Virus record (IMG/VR): IMGVR_UViG_3300038530_001458
Coordinates: 1 to 44,628 of that record
DNA length: 44,628 nucleotides
Reading direction: 5' to 3' (one strand)
Source of the DNA: a virus
Taxonomy: Duplodnaviria > Caudoviricetes
In this document: positions 44,004 through 44,628 of the stretch, piece after piece
Layout: each line of letters begins with the position of its first letter
Position numbering within the stretch: the stretch's first letter is position 1
Program-made: the position numbers and the translations under genes
Notes under the pieces: model-generated
What the model was told of the DNA's origin: nothing
Seen by the model: only the letters and a program-made list of their open reading frames with translations
Databases searched by the model: none

Positions 44004-44513
44004 ATGGAAATCCGTAACCGCTCCACTGGTGCTCTCACCACCGTCAGTCAATTTAAGGCTGAAAACCCCAACACCAGCTTTCCCAAGCAGATCACAACCG
44101 ACGTTCTTGACAGCTACGGCTACGACGCTGTGCTGAATGGAGCGGCAGCGACAGTGACTGCTCCATATGGCGTCAGCACCCGTGATGGTGTTGAGGAAAT
44201 TGACGGCAAATGGTTTACTAAGTTTGTCGCTGGTCCCATCTTTACTGACACTACAGACGAGGAAGGCAACGTCACTACCGCTGCTGACAACGAGGCTGCA
44301 TACCGCGCCAGGATTGATTCAGAGGCTGGAACGTCAGTACGTGCGGAACGCGATCAAAAGCTGACTGCTTCTGACTGGACGCAGATGGCTGATAGTCCTT
44401 TGGCTTCTGACAAGAAGACGGAATGGGCTACTTATCGTCAAAGCCTGCGTGATTTGCCGACAGCTAGTGGCTTCCCTCACACGATGACTTGGCCTGAAGA
44501 GCCCGGTAGCTGA
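44004..44513 (+). CDS. Tail fibre assembly chaperone
   Basis: VRAERDQKL..SDWTQ..D, WATYRQSLRDLP, WPEEP. Confidence 0.88.
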   Translation: MEIRNRSTGALTTVSQFKAENPNTSFPKQITTDVLDSYGYDAVLNGAAATVTAPYGVSTRDGVEEIDGKWFTKFVAGPIFTDTTDEEGNVTTAADNEAAYRARIDSEAGTSVRAERDQKLTASDWTQMADSPLASDKKTEWATYRQSLRDLPTASGFPHTMTWPEEPGS

Positions 44514-44563
44514 TTGCAGCGCGGGCTATTATTGGTGTAATTGGCCTTTTTGCTGGTGTAGCG

Positions 44564-44628
44564 ATGGCGTTTGGAACGGTCAAAGTAGACACGATCACGA
44601 CCAGCACCAAAACGGTGACGGTCGATGA
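44564..44628 (+). CDS. 5' part of the adaptor gene that continues at 1..476
   Basis: ATG GCG TTT GGA ACG GTC AAA... in frame with ORF 42..476. Confidence 0.8.
   Translation, partial: MAFGTVKVDTITTSTKTVTVD

Noticed and set aside
511-44144. TGGAGCG polarity as type III restriction avoidance (T7/EcoP15I-like)
   Set aside because: Avoidance would deplete one orientation; here the - strand is at or above chance and the + strand is strongly enriched
44574-44628. Biological direct terminal repeat
   Set aside because: It is exactly 55 nt (a common assembly k-mer) and falls mid-gene, so it is best read as a circularisation overlap

Overview
The window is an apparently complete, circular ~44.57-kb genome of a tailed dsDNA phage with a lambda-like non-contractile tail. 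The last 55 nt (44574-44628) repeat the first 55 nt, as expected for an assembler overlap. Gene families and A/C-rich leaders mostly lacking an SD point to a marine picocyanobacterial (Synechococcus-like) host; this is inference. Modules: (1) leftward early small genes, 16.2-18.9 kb; (2) replication genes (primase-polymerase/helicase with a repeat-rich putative ori, SSB-like protein, PD-(D/E)XK nuclease), 9.6-16.2 kb; (3) packaging and head genes, 19.3-27.9 kb, with terS divergent from terL and the tail tube gene displaced upstream of the portal; (4) tail genes G/T-H-M-L-K-I-J, 27.9-37.9 kb; (5) a block of 13 fibre/adaptor genes, 37.9 kb across the junction to 4.9 kb; (6) a host-envelope and lysis block, 4.9-9.6 kb. 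I recognised no integrase, replicative DNA polymerase, RT, CRISPR, tRNA or photosynthesis AMG. Most notable signals: the heptamer TGGAGCG is about 15-fold enriched and polarised to the + strand regardless of gene direction; an envelope cassette encodes secreted paralogous beta-rich subunits plus a small beta-barrel flanked by Yfr1/Yfr2-like RNA hairpins; four CCGUG-loop hairpins mark the scaffold and capsid translation starts; a putative antisense RNA covers the replicase leader; the tail chaperone appears to need a +1 rather than -1 frameshift; and the fibre proteins show matched N-terminal and C-terminal modules. All counts were made by eye and family assignments come from remembered motifs, not database searches.
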